The notes below the pieces were generated by a model. The model was not told the DNA's origin. It did not search any database and worked only from the letters and a program-made list of their open reading frames with translations. This document shows positions 1 to 14,812 of a DNA stretch of 64,000 nt, in pieces. The DNA is from the human T2T-CHM13v2.0 reference genome, Homo sapiens. The translations under genes and the position numbers were made by a program. Within the stretch, counting starts at the first letter, position 1; every line of letters starts with the position of its first letter. Location of the stretch: NCBI RefSeq assembly GCF_009914755.1, contig NC_060927.1. One strand, given 5' to 3'.

Positions 1-429
1 TGCTTTGTGCCACCAGAGAGGAGGTCAGACAATCTCAACTCCGTCAGGGATTTTATATATCTCTTCTGTAAATCACTGAAGATACTTCAACTCTCCTAAC
101 AGAGTTCTCACAATGATCAGAGGAGAGCTGACAACTTCATTTTGTTAGCCCTTGTAGCACCTCCCACTTCACCTCACGCCCCTAAATATGTGCTTTATCT
201 AGCTCACTCTCCTTTTGTGCCAAATTACCGTGCCAATTCTGCTTTTTATGTTTATTCTTACTCTGATTAATGTCTTTTTGGTCCTTCATGAGAAGTCCCT
301 ACAGGGAAAGCTCAAATCTTTGTAATTTTCTTGGCATGAAAGCAAGCAAAGTATCAAACACGATTAAGTTTCTGACAAGCTTGGTCTTCTCCCTCGGATT
401 TCAGTACGCCTTTTTCATTCATTTTTCTA

Positions 430-1080
430 CCTCTTTTACTCTGTCTGTTGCTTAATATTGGTATTCTCTAGCATTTATTTCCTTCTCACTTTTCCTTTAC
501 CTAATCTCACCCACTCACCTGCCTTCAACTAACACCTGCCCCTGGCAACTCTCAAATCAGTGTGTGCAGCTGAATGTCTTTTCCTGACTTCTAAATGTGT
601 ATCCTAGATCCAGAATAACAACTTTGTTGACAACTGCACTTGAATATCTTATATGTACCTTTTTAATAAATGTTTTTCAAACTTTATCGCCTGCTGCTCA
701 CAGAAATAAATGCATATTTGCATCTCAAATCACCAAGTATGTCCAAAGGCCCCAAATCACCACATGACTTGGTGCCTACAGTAGCATGACCAAAATTTAC
801 CAAATCATTAACTTCCAAATTGCTCCTCCTTCTGCATTTTCTCCCTGAGTTAATGAGACTGTATTGTAGAAATCTGAAAGTTATTTTAGACTCCTCCCTC
901 TTGTATTTCTCATCAAGAGCCACAAAGTCCTACACATTCTACTTCCTAAATGTCTCTCTAGTTTAACCCAAACTTTCCATCCTGCTTCATGAACTATTTT
1001 GTATGATAACCCTGAGAGTTCTGCTTATCTCTTTTCTATCTCATGAATATTTAGTCCATCTTCTATACTGGTATATAAAT
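430..1080 (+). mobile_element. Degenerate LINE-2 fragment
   Basis: Pyrimidine-rich sequence with L2-like motifs (ctctcaaatc, catctcaaat, ttttagactcctccctc, ctacttcctaaatgtctct). Boundaries approximate. Confidence 0.5.
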
Positions 1081-1391
1081 TATTTTTCATCACTTTCTGT
1101 TTGCTTATCTTTCTCGTTCCATAGAGCAACCACTTTCAGGGTTCTAGAAATGGCCAATAAAGAATGCTTCTTCTGAGTTACTTACAATCCAATAGAGGAA
1201 ACATAATTATAAACTAATTACTATATCATACAGAAAATGTTCTTATTTTGTTGAGCATAAGATATTCAAGTGCAGTTGTCAAATGTTCTCAAATTGTTGA
1301 GCAATTTCAACATCTCAAAAAAGGAATGACATGGGAATCAAAAAGAACCACCTAACATGGCTTAAATTTTCTCACTTAAAAATGGAAATCT

Positions 1392-1696
<305 letters not shown>

Positions 1697-2424
1697 TCAC
1701 CTGCCATCACCACATCCACCTTTCCTGCTAGGAGGTGCATCAAGCTAACCGAACTTTTTTTGCACTAGGCTTTCATCTTGAGATGGTCACTGAAATACTT
1801 TTCCAGAATCCCCAGGATTTCAATAAACAAGCTTTGCATAATGCTGATGTAGTCCAACACACTCAGTTTAGAGATAAGCCAAAGAGGTCAACTGATGGGT
1901 CTAAATTTAGAAGCTTGTTAGGAGTTTAGTCCAAAGGAAAACCAAAGTCTTCCAAAAGACAGTCCAAGTTTTTATCTTTATGTGGACTCTTTCCTTTCCC
2001 TCCTACTCTTCCCTCCCACCACTAGAATGGAAAAATACAAGTATCTTAAATATCTCAGTAATCCCTTACTTTGGTTGGGAAGGGCTACCTGTGAAGACTG
2101 AGATATTAGTCACAGCATAATATTCTCACGAAATCCCAATACCAAAGTTTTTAATCTTGTTTAAAATATCAATAAAACATATGGCCACTTTCTTCAGACA
2201 AAAATATGCCTGAAACCTTAAAGTTTCTCAGATCCCACTAAACGCTTCCAGGGATCTCATGTAAAGAATCTCTGCCCTAAGGGCTTAATGGGCATTTACT
2301 TTGTGTGGTAGAAAAAGAAAATTTAGCAACCGGTATCTGGTCCAGCCAGCCTGTAACATGAATATCCAAAGTGATATAACATGTCTTATACTATGGCTTT
2401 ATTCCTGTAATATTAGATTATTCT

Positions 2425-2725
<301 letters not shown>

Positions 2726-5700
2726 TTATTCTTGCAAGTCAGAGAAATGCTAAGGGGGAAGAAAAATATTATTTATAATTAAGACCATGAAGCACCTTTA
2801 CTATTTGGAGTATTTGGGGGGGTTTTGTTTTGGTTTTGCATCATTACAATTAAACTCTAGAGTAGCGAGGTTTATTAAACAAGTCAAGGAAAAATTTCTA
2901 GAGCAGAAATACCCATATAACATCTAGTAAAATAGCAGAAAGATCTAATTTTATTAGGAGTTGTGTGGTCATGATCACAGATTTCCATAGTTTTCTCTTT
3001 TGTACTGAAGGTGATGTTCTCTTTATGAACCAACATTGAAGCTCACTAATGGCCACCAAGACCAGTTATGCCTCAGATCATCAAAATGTATTCAAAGAGA
3101 TGATTAGGAAACATATGGCTGGAAGTGCCTCATCTATGAAGAAAGCATGGAAGTTCTTTATGAGCACAGCTATGAAATAATTATGAGTGCCAAAAAAGTA
3201 CATGGTTTCTAATTGAAGGCATATGATAGTCCTAGGAGCAAGAGGTAGACCATTAGCTACTCCCCCTACCCCCTTACCCACCACCCCTGGTTATCTAGGT
3301 TTGCTTTTGACCATCCATTTCTTATACTGTGCCAAAGGCTGGACTAGCTTAGTATAAAGAGTGAGCCTAACAGGTCATAGGTTGAGAGGGATTTTTCCAG
3401 TTGTTTTGGGGGTTGTTTGCTTGGTGGCATTATTGCATTTTTCTTGTACAAGTAGCATAACACGGAAGTAATGATTTTAAGTTCTAGTCTGGATATGCCT
3501 TTCCATATTGCTGCAACGTTGGGGAACTATTGAAGACTATATATAAGATGCTTTTAGGCTAGTTTTTGTCAAGCTCAGCTTTTAAAAAGACTCATGATGC
3601 ACTGAATTTTATTGTTACTTCCTCTACTTTTTAAGTATTTTACAACATAAGAACCAGGTGCTATATGTCTGTTAACTTAATTAAAAAGGGTTATATACCA
3701 TCCACTAAAATTTAAAATAACACTAAATTTTTTTTAAAAATGACTTGCTGAGGTGTTCCTTTGTGAATACTCTCCCCATTCCTTGGGCTGCCTTATTATG
3801 GCCATTCTATCCAAATTGGCAGTTCAGGGAATTATTCATTTCTGGGGTTGATGACTTTTTCCATTTGCCCCAGCTACAAAGGAGTACATGTGTTTTAATG
3901 AAGTCATATTTAAAGACCTGGATATTTATTACTGGTATACAAAAAATGAAAGCAAGTAGGCATAAGATTGTTGACTTTTAGTGATTCTAATATTAAACAT
4001 AATTTTAGGCCTGGTCTAGTAAGGTTTATGTAATAGGTGAGTTTTTAAGAGCAATGAGGACCAGTTGCATAAGCTTTGCATGAATTGATAAATGGAGAAG
4101 AGAAATCATTGTACTTAACCTGCCAGGTTCACATAGTCTTCAGGTATAAAACACAAAGCCATGTTTATTACCTGTACAATTAGCTAATTAAACATCTACG
4201 GCAACTTTAAATATTATGAATTCATTACGTTAATCCAAATTCCTGTGAAATATAAGACTGAAAAACAAAAGCAATCCAAGGGAATATTCACCCTTGCCAC
4301 ATAGTGGGGAAAACATATTTAAAATTTTACTGCCTTTTCCATTTCACACATGAGGGATCTGAGACTCAGAAAGGTTAAAGAGAAGGCCACAGAGGTTGTA
4401 AAAAAGTTACAGCAGGATTCAAACACAATTCTCTTCAGTTTATTCATATCTTTTTTATTTTTCCTTAGTACCCAAATAGCCATGTCACTTAGTATAACTA
4501 TTTTGTTTTTACTTCAAATTATTTCATAATTTACCAGGAAAGTTATATTTTTAGGTAGATGTAGTTTTCATAACACAAAAAGGCCCTCATAATTTATCTA
4601 ATTTAGACCTTTTATTTTACAGATGAGAAAACTGTGATCAAAAGAGGCAAAGAAAATTTCCTAAAGATTCATAAATGTCTGGTGGCAAATGTGTCACCTA
4701 GATTTCCAAAAATCTTTCAAAAATGTTTGTGAAATAGCATTACTTAATTAATTCAAGTAGATATATATTTCAAGTACAAATAATGAAGAAAGAAGTTAAT
4801 GTTAGCATCATCTAATATTTATTTGACTTATGAAAATATGTGGTGTATTAAATAGATAATTTGACTAATTGCCTTTAAATTTGGCCACTGTATGAGCATA
4901 AATAATAGAATCAAATCTGATATTATTTGCATATTATATATGCTTAAGTGATTTTTAATATATAGTTGTACATATTCTTAGGAAAATTTGTGTATTTGAT
5001 ACTGAGACATATTGTTATTCGCTCAGGATTATTGTGTTTTTCTCTCTCCATTTTTTTTTTACATTGAAATTGTTTCTCAATTGGTTCTTCCAAAGAGAAT
5101 TCTTCAGTTAATTATGTAGGTATTTATTAAGATAATTGATTCATGAAATTAAGATTACCTTTTGTTCATTTGATTTTGGAGGAGCACTGCTGTTACAAAT
5201 AAACAACCTTGTTATTTGCCACTTTTTTCCAGTGACTGCTCATGAAAGAAATTAAAATGATACATCATCAGTGGATCTTCCTGTAGAGTAAGATAGAACA
5301 ACTTTTGCAAATCAAATGGCATGCAACTTCACATAAAAGAGATTTGGCTCAATTATGAGTTCAATCATAGTTCTGTTAACATAAATCATTTTTCTTCATC
5401 CCCAAAGGCACGTATTTGCAGAATACCTGCTAAGTGGTAGGGGCTACAGAAACAAAACTACAGACATCAGTGTATTTTCTGTACTGTGCATACAAGTGTA
5501 GAGGGTCATAAAATATCTTTTAGAAAATAGGTTAGATATAGACGCTATTCAGCACTAGGTAACTATATAGTTGTCATTTTAATTCTATGTTAATATGCCC
5601 CTGCAAATAAAATTCCATTTGCGCTTTATCTAAGTTGGGTGAAAAAAAGTTTTATTTCAAACTACAGCAATAAATGTGCCCTTCCTTTTCATAACTCTTC

Positions 5701-7620
5701 TTCAGAGTATTCCCTGCCCACAAACAAGCATTTTTATAGAAATCTAGTGACAGGACAAAAAAGTGGTGTTTCTATTCTATTAGATTTCTGTGGGAACCAA
5801 GAAATAGTACAAATATTGATCATGTAAGTAGACTATTATATTTATTATAATATAGACATTGATTACTTCCTGGAGAGTTTTTACCTTGTAAAAACTAGGC
5901 TACAGTATCATATTCCCACTGAAGACAGTATGGATTCCATTTATTTCCAAAGCATGTCAAGAGATGCCACAGTGTTGTATTTCAAGGTACAGACTTAAGT
6001 CTCAAATTGCCTGGGTTTAATTTCCAGCTCTGCTACTTCCTGGCTGCGTAAACCTGGACAAATTCTTCACTTCTCAGTCTTTTAACTTCTTCACTGTAAA
6101 GCAGTGGTAATTACAGTTTTCATTATATAGAATTATTAAGAGAACTAAATGCACTACTATTTCTAAAGGACTTATAACAAGATCAAGTATGCCAAAAGTG
6201 AAAAAGAAAGAACGTGAACTTTGGTGCCAGGCAGAAGTAGATTTGGGTTATGAATCTGTCATTTAACTAGTGGTGTGATCTTGTGCAAGTTTTTTTAAAA
6301 TGTGCAATCTCAGTTTCCTCATATGAAAATGAGGACTGGTAGACATCAAACCTCACTCATATAATATACATTCATCCTCTTCTCTTTCCGCATCTCCATA
6401 AACAGTTTACAAACATTACTGCTTATGCCAACATCAAATTATGCCCTCCCCAAATTAATAAAAGTGAAATGTTAGATTTGTTTTCATTTACTTAATTTGA
6501 ATTTACTTAATTTCATTTAATTTGAACATTGTATGCTTTCATGTCTTTCTCTTAGGCAAAATTTTCTTGCTAATGAATACTAAAAAGTAAAAGAAAAAAA
6601 CTGGCAGATATATGTATTTGCAGGATTTGCTCAACTTCCTTAAAACATGATTAGAATTTTAGTGAATTAATTTAAGGAAGTTTTAATTCGGAATAAAGCA
6701 AGAGGACATAACAAAATTCCATTTTACTGTAATTGCGACTATGTGATGTTGCTTTTGAAATAATTTCTTTTGGTGGGAAGGTAACTGCAATTTCTTAGCC
6801 TTGTTTTACATAAGCCTCTTGCTTTTTATTGACTGTGTGTGGAATCTATCCACTTCTGTGTGAATAGAATACACTTGAGCCTCCAGTTCTTACGTGCTGC
6901 TAATCTGACAAGAAATATACTCATCCCAAAATGATTAATTAAACATCTAGAGAAATCCTTACATTCCTTCTCAACCAAAACTATGCTTTTCCCCATTTCA
7001 TTGTAGTCTTCAGATGCATTTTTAAAGGGAAATTTCCTACAAGTGAAGGTCTCACAGGTCCATATATGGCAGTGTGGTGAAATGCAATAAGACTCTCACA
7101 CTGATACATTGAGCACTCACTATATGCAGAGATAGGTGCCCCATGAGACCTGACCCGGGAGAGGAATTACAAAATTGAAAAAGCACAACTTGAAACTTTA
7201 AAGGGTGACTCAGAAGTGAGATGAATATTTTCCTAGGAAAATTTTAATCATGAACTCTTAAACTTATTTGTGAAAAACATGTAATTTCATTAAAAATTAA
7301 TGATATACAAATTAAAATGAGATGTCATTTTCCCCAATGAAACTATTAAAGATGAATACAAAATGTATAATACCCAGTGCCAAGAGTAATACAATGGTAT
7401 GTATCTAACATTCACTATTATTGGTGTGTAAACTTTCTGAGAAAAAAAGTTGTAATATTTACCTATCTTAAAATATGAATAGATTTTCCTTCAGTGTTTT
7501 CATTATCAACAATTAAAAAATGAGAATAGGAAAAAAGATTTATGCACAAAAGTATTCACCTTGGCATTATGTGTTTTAGTGAAGTATCAGCATTGGTCTA
7601 ATGTACAGAAATAGAGAAAT

Positions 7621-7740
7621 AGCCTGGCATGGTGACACAAGCCTGTAGTTCCAGCTACTGAGGGGGTGGAGGGGAAGGCAAGAGGATCGTTTGTGCCCAG
7701 GAGTCTGAGGCCAGCCTGAGAAACATAGCAAGATCCTTCT
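7621..7740 (+). mobile_element. Old Alu monomer (FLAM/FAM-like)
   Basis: A single diverged Alu arm: gcctggcatggtg...gcctgtagttccagctact...aggatcgtttgtgcccaggagtctgaggccagcctg. Confidence 0.75.
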
Positions 7741-7904
7741 TTTTATGGATAAATATTTTTTAAAAATAGAGAAATAAATTAAAAAATTATAGTACATTTA
7801 TAAGAGAAACTATTATCCTCTCATTACATACTATATTGTATATTGTAAATGGCTTTAATGGTGTAGGGAATTGTTTTCTTGTTTTGTTCAAATGATAATT
7901 TTGA

Positions 7905-8150
7905 ATTTTGAATCTTGTGACTAGTTTGTTAGTCCTGCAAAGGCAGTCTAGTCCTCAGGCAGGAAGGGGGTTTGTTTGAGGAAGGGCTGTTACTGTCCTT
8001 GTTTCAAAGTTAAGCTATAAACTAAGTTCATCCCAAAGTGAGTTCTGTCTACACCCAGGAACGAACAAGGATACCTTGGAGGTTAGAAGCAAGAGGGAGT
8101 CAGTTAAGTCAGATCTCTTTCACCGTCATAATTTTCTCAGTTATAATTTT
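7905..8150 (-). mobile_element. ERV1 LTR fragment, LTR8/LTR8A-like 5' portion
   Basis: Reverse complement reads AAAATTATAACTGAGAAAATTATGACGGTGAAAGAGATCTGACTTAACTGACTCCCTCTTGCTTCTAACCTCCAAGG, resembling the LTR8 5' end. Confidence 0.7.
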
Positions 8151-8157
8151 TAGGGCA

Positions 8158-8588
8158 GTAATAAGAGAAAAACTTCAGCCGAATTAAATTTAAGAAGTTA
8201 AGTGAGTAATGAATGATTTGCGAATCGGAGAGTCCCAGAAGCACAGGAAATTCGCCGAGACTCCGGGTGTGCCTGCTGGTCAGAACACATTTATAGATAA
8301 AAAAGGTAAAGTGACCTACAGGAATTGGAAGCGAGGTACAGAAACAGTGAGATTGGTTACAGCTCAGCGTTGGACTTCTTTGAACGCAGTTTGAACATTC
8401 AGCAGTCTATGAGTGGTTAATGTACGGTCGCTGGGATTGCCCAACACTCAGCTATTGTTACAGGTGCATACTACTAAGCTAGGTTTTCAATTTTGTCTGA
8501 CTATGAAGCTAGGGTACTGCTTATCCACAAGGACTCAAATACAGAAGTACGCAGTCCTTCTCAGGCCATATTTAGTTTGCGGTTTCAA
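8158..8588 (-). mobile_element. ERV1 solo LTR, MER57-like
   Basis: Reverse complement begins AACTAAATATGGCCTGAGAAGGACTGCGTACTTCTGTATTTGAGTCCTTGTGG, resembling MER57A/B. Confidence 0.75.
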
Positions 8589-8992
8589 TGTGGATAGGAT
8601 TTGGTAATTCCTAATTCTCTGCATAGCAGCCCTTTTCCAAATCTGAATGTCCCTGGGCTCATGATCCCTGATCTCCAGGGCTCTCATTCCTGTTCCCCCA
8701 GCCCAGAATCTTAGCCTGGCATGTTGCTCCCAAGTCACGCCAGCCTAGCTGGTGTTGACACGTTTTCAAAATTGCTTCCCTTTTCGTATTGGCTCTACTC
8801 TGCAAGGTTCCTCTCCTAGGTGGTTGTTTAGAGGAATTATTTTGCCTTTCTAAGTCTAGGTTTTCTCCTCTATGAAGTTACATATCCCTTAACTTATGGG
8901 ATAGTGATTGCTAGCCATTTAAATAGTCATCTGTTCTGTGAAAGGACTGTACATGCAAAGCAGCCCCCGGAATAATGAAGGAGCCAAGAAAC

Positions 8993-9989
8993 TGTGGGAG
9001 CTTTCATGCGCGTCTGTGTGAAGACACCACCAAACAGGCTTTGTGTGAGCAACATGGCTGTTTACTTCACCTGGGTGCAGGCGGGCTGAGTCCGAAAAGA
9101 GAGTCAACGATGGGAGGTAGGGATGGGGCCGTTTTATAGGATTTGGGTAGGCAAAGGAAAATTACAGTCAAAGGGGGGTTGTTCTCTGGTGGGCAGAGTG
9201 GGGGTCACAAGGTGCTCGGTAGGGGAGCTTTTGAGCCAGGATGAGCCAGGAGAAGGAATTTCACAGGACAATGTCATCAGTTAAGGCAGGAACAGGCCAT
9301 TTTCACTTCTTTTGTGGTGGAATGTCATCAGTTAAGGCAGGAACTGGCCATCTGGATGTGTACGTGCAGGTCACAGGGGATATGATGGCTTAGCTTGGGC
9401 TCAGAGGCCTGACAGGAGCCATAGGCTGTTGGCCCTCTAAAGGTTTGCTAAAAATTACTGACATGAAGCAGATTGATTAATAGGAGAAAACACATACAAA
9501 TTTAACATGTATACATGGGACCCTTCAGAATGAAGACTCAACTTCCCAAATACTTACAGAAATGAATATACCATCCTGAGGCCACAGTAAATAATGTAGG
9601 CTCATAATGTGGCCGGAAACAGGTAAATCAAGTTTAATGGCAAGACAGGTTGAAAGAGAGAGAAAGGCCGAAAACAGGTAAATTAAGTTTAATGGCAAGA
9701 CAGATTAAGAGAGAAAGGAAGATTTTGGCTAGCAAAAGTGGCCTTGTCATGTAGATGAAGCCTCCCTCAGGGAGAATAGATGGTAAATGTTTCCTTTCAG
9801 ATTTTAAATGGTTCCGACTCTGAAAAGAGAAAGGAACAAGCCTGCATTAATGGAGATTCTCTACAAATGCAAATTTGCCCAACTTCGGACAGCTTTGCAA
9901 GACCACTTCTGTCAGGCTGGCCAAGTGGCAGCCATTTCAAAATGTGACAAAGAAATATATTTTGGGATAAAATGCTTTAATTTCCTTCA
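8993..9989 (-). mobile_element. ERV1 solo LTR (MER34/MER39-like), itself interrupted by LTR7
   Basis: TG...CA ends with 4-bp TSD AAAC (8989-92 and 9990-93). Reverse complement starts TGAAGGAAATTAAAGCATTTTATCCCAAAATATATTTCTTTG. Internal tandem duplication of about 55 bp at 9611-9716. Confidence 0.7.
9002..9414 (-). mobile_element. HERV-H LTR7 solo LTR (413 bp)
   Basis: Reverse complement reads TGTCAGGCCTCTGAGCCCAAGCTAAGCCATCATATCCCCTGTGACC...GACGCGCATGAAA. Perfect 5-bp TSD GGAGC at 8997-9001 and 9415-9419. Confidence 0.93.
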
Positions 9990-10173
9990 AAACCAAAGAA
10001 CAAGGTAGACAAATCTAATTTCTCAGTAAAGGATGTTTTATTGAGGGGACTTACAGACAGAAGGGTGCTCTGGGGTGGCAGCAAGACAGGAAGATCTTTG
10101 CACTGTTACTTCCCAGATTCTGGGTTTATGTACCTTAAGGAAAGTGTGTATGTGCTCCAGTAAAAAAAGTTCA

Positions 10174-10578
<405 letters not shown>

Positions 10579-11012
10579 CTAGGGACAGTCATCAATAAAG
10601 TTGTAATCGGGAGGCATTCTGGGGACTGAGGTTAATCAGAAGTCACCATGGTGTATTAGCATTCAAGATGGAGTCACTTTTGTCTCCACAGCATCTTTTT
10701 TGGGTCAAAGAATTGACTTAAAGATGTGGAAACTTCAACAGAACTAGTTCACTGAAGGCATATAATTTAATGGTATTATTAAGTCCACAAACGTAGATAT
10801 TGCCACAAAATATTACCATCTTTGCCATTTAATTCTTTAGTAGTGATAAAAATGCAGTATTTATTACATACTAATTTCTAACTTATTTTTTGTTGTGTCT
10901 ATTATATGTTGACATACAGTTTCTTTTTCTTTTATTCTTTATATGGGCATTTAAACTTCAGTTTTCTATAGCTCTTTCCATTAACCTATTTTAAGTTCCA
11001 TGTGAATAGAAG

Positions 11013-11725
11013 TGTTTTGGCAGTGAATCTATTTGAGTCTGCAGCAACCTCAATTCTTGCTTCCTCAGAAGAAAGAATTCAACCAAGGGGCATAAGGCAG
11101 AATGAGAAACTGAGGCAAGTTTTAGAGTAGGAGTGAAAGTTTATTAAAAAGTTTTGGAGGAGGATCAAAAGGAAGTTAGGGTACACTTGGAAGCAGGGTA
11201 CACTTGGCCAAGCAGGTGACTTGAGAGATCAAGTGCACTGTTTGACCTTTGACTTGGGGTTTTACGTGTCGGCATGCTTTTGGAGTCTTACATCCCTTCT
11301 CCCCTGATTCTTCCCTTGGGTTGGGTTGTCTGCATTCACAGCATCCTGCTAGCAATTGGGAGGGAAGCATGTGCAGTGTGTTTACTAGAGTTGTATGCAT
11401 GTTCACTTGAGGCGTTCTTTCCTTACCATCCAGATGTTCCAAGAAGGTCATGTAACAGTTAAACTCCACGATTTTGCCTCTTAATGCACATGCTTGAGCC
11501 CACTTGCCCAACTCCTGAGATCTTACCATGAAGCTGATGAGCACTAGTTTTAGGTTTTTTCTATCTATTGGGAGACTGCCTTTTCTTGGAGCTGGCTGCA
11601 AGCAATTATTTTAGAGAAACAATGTAACAACTGCCTATCACCTGATGGTTGCCTGACATTCCTGGTGGGAGTTGGGGGAGCCCTCTCCTGCTCTGTTCAT
11701 GTCTGACTAGCTACCTAGTGAAACA
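11013..11725 (-). mobile_element. ERV1 solo LTR, MER50-like
   Basis: TG...CA ends, about 713 bp. Reverse complement starts TGTTTCACTAGGTAGCTAGTCAGACATGAACAGAGCAGGAGAGGGCTCCCCC. Flanks are GAAG and AAAG. Confidence 0.8.
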
Positions 11726-12859
11726 AAAGCATATGAAATTTAGTCATTCCACACTAAATCATTCAGTTATGCTTTTAGCACCAAATTAACGTAAAACAAA
11801 ATTATATAGTTTATAACCTCTATTTTAAAATATATAAGAAAATCCTCTTTTTCCAACATTTTATTTTGAATTTTTTGATACTCCCTTTGATGCATTTTTT
11901 ATATATATATCATCCTTCTGAGCTTTGTAAAATAAAGGAATCACCTTTTTTTTTTTTTTTTTTTTTTTGTAAATAAGAGTACCACCATTCTAGTGACAGC
12001 CAGTTTTTTTAGTATTACCACAGCATCAAACCAACATATGGAGCATCTGACCTGCATTCTCTTAACTTTGCTGCTGACTTGGGCTGAGAAATCAGATTTC
12101 ATATGTCCAGGAGTTTGCAGTTGTCTCTTCCAAATTTATTTAGAAATCTACTCTTGATAATGTTTAACCCAATTACACAGGAGATTAAATAAGAATTATC
12201 TACCTCCTTACCCCTCCTTCATATACACCAAGTCTGTAACTCCCACTCTTACCATCTCTCTTCTCCTGAACTTTTCCTCTTGGCTAAGACCTCAGTCCTA
12301 GAGAGTAATAATTAATTTCAGCAAGCCTGGTGTGAGGAAAAAGGAACAACAGAAAGCACATAATTCTTAATACAGTTGCTTGTTCACACTCCAGTTCTAC
12401 TCTATATCTGTGTGAGATAATGTGATTCTAGCTTAGTGATTTAGCAAACCATTTTTAGTACATGTCATCCAGTGATTTCCTTTTAATACCCTGGGCAGAC
12501 GCATCTTACATTTAGATTCCTAAGACATAGAAAAAGTAAAACAGAGGATCTGTTTTAATACAACACCCTTCTCAACTGGCTTGATATTATTTTATCTATT
12601 TATGTTGTTTGTGATTACAAATAGGACATATAGTTGCACTTTCCTTTTAAAAATGTGGATTTGTTAACATATTTTCTGTGTTATAGATTTAGTAAAATCA
12701 TAAAAGGCTTAAATCTAAGGAGACTAGTGTCTTCTAAAAGAGTAGAACTAAGAACAGACCAAATTCCCAGTAAGTTTGAGGAACGTGACCTAAAAAAGGC
12801 AAGAAATAGAGTTAAGCTCTTTAAAACTCCACAACTCCAATTCCCCTCACGCTTCTTTA

Positions 12860-13040
12860 TTATCTCTATAGCATAGTCTTCTATCTGATATAAAATATAT
12901 TTGCTGGCTTATTTATTTACTCCTGTCTTCCTCCACCTAAAATGTAAATTCCAAGTAGTCAGGGAGTTGGACTCTTATTCACTGCTCTTTCTTCAATACT
13001 TAGATTGTGCTGGCACAGAGTGGGTCCTCAATAAATATCA
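12860..13040 (+). mobile_element. LINE-2 3' end fragment
   Basis: ...aatgtaaattcc...tcttattcactgct...gtgctggcacagagtgggtcctcaataaatat, a typical L2 3' terminus. Confidence 0.65.
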
Positions 13041-14440
13041 ATAAGTCGTGATCAAATGAATGTTACTAGTATGCTTTTTTGGAACCTATAAAGATTTGAG
13101 GCCTACCATACAATCAGTTTTGATAAATATGCCTCAGGTGCTTGAAAAGAACTGTGTTCTCTATAGGATACATGTGGTTCAATACCAGTATGTTACTCGA
13201 ACCTATTATCCAAAAAACATGTAATTCAAATGATGAAATCCAAATTCTCTATGCCTATATATATTTTTTTCCTACCTAGTCTGTTAAATGCTCAAAGCAT
13301 TATATGAAATTCCTATAATTGTTTTTCCAGATGTTTCCCTTTTATTATTAATATTTAAAATTACTGTATTTCTAAGAGTCTTATGTTACATGTTTTAATG
13401 TAACATCAGAGACATGTAAAGATTGGTGACAACTATTTTCATTGTAGATTGTAACTCTGATCCAAAAAATGTCCCTCTTTTTAAAAAAATTTAAGTTGTT
13501 TTATATTGTCTTTCTTGAATTTTACTTTTTCTAGATTTAATGCTGTTCTTAGTGCTTGCTTTGAGTCTGTGTTTACTTGTGAAGTTTTGTCCATTCATTG
13601 ATTTTTACATGTCTTTAATATGTTACAATCAATATGTATTTGGATTTTGTTTCTTAACCAGTCACAAATTCTTCACCATTTAAAAGTAGAATTTATAACA
13701 GTTACATTTATTGTAACTGCACTCTATTTAGTCTTATTTGAACTTTTGTTATTTTATTATTTATCACTGTTGGTAGTTTATTTTCCTAGTTTTTATTATA
13801 TAGATTCTATGGCTTACTTTTAGTTTCCCAGTTAGTACACAATTTTCAAATCTGTAAAAGTAAGTACATCTATATACACTCTGCTTCTAAATCTAAAGTT
13901 CAGTTCATCAATTCATTAATCTACTATTTATTGAGCACCTATTATATACTAGAAAATATTCTAGGCAGTTGAGATACATCAACAAAATACACAACACATG
14001 GAACTTTGTTCTAGTGAGTTGCTTTAAATAAATTAGAAATAATTATCATATAATTAATTTATTGATAAAGTAGAAAATTAAATAAAGTCTTTTTTGCTTT
14101 TCTAATTTAGTGTAAGGAATTTCAAATACTTTATCCTCACTTTTATTCCCTGCCATCCCAATTTAAAGTCATTGTCAAAACAATCTATGTGTTTAGACCT
14201 GAAAGCTTACATTAATATTTATTTACAGCTTACACAGATTCTATTCCAATATTACATTTTGTTTTGTTCATTTGTCTATCCAAAAACTACAATTTACTTA
14301 TACTGTTAATTATGTTTAACAATTTTATATCACACTAATCCTTTAATGACACCATTTTCCTATGTTAAAATTCTTGCTTTTGATTCATCATTCAGTCAGC
14401 TGGAATTCACCTTCAAGTAATATTTGCAAAATGAACATAA

Positions 14441-14812
<372 letters not shown>

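Noticed and set aside
9611-9716. About 55-bp tandem repeat as a CRISPR-like or functional array
   Set aside because: Only two copies, no spacers, and it lies inside an LTR in eukaryotic DNA.
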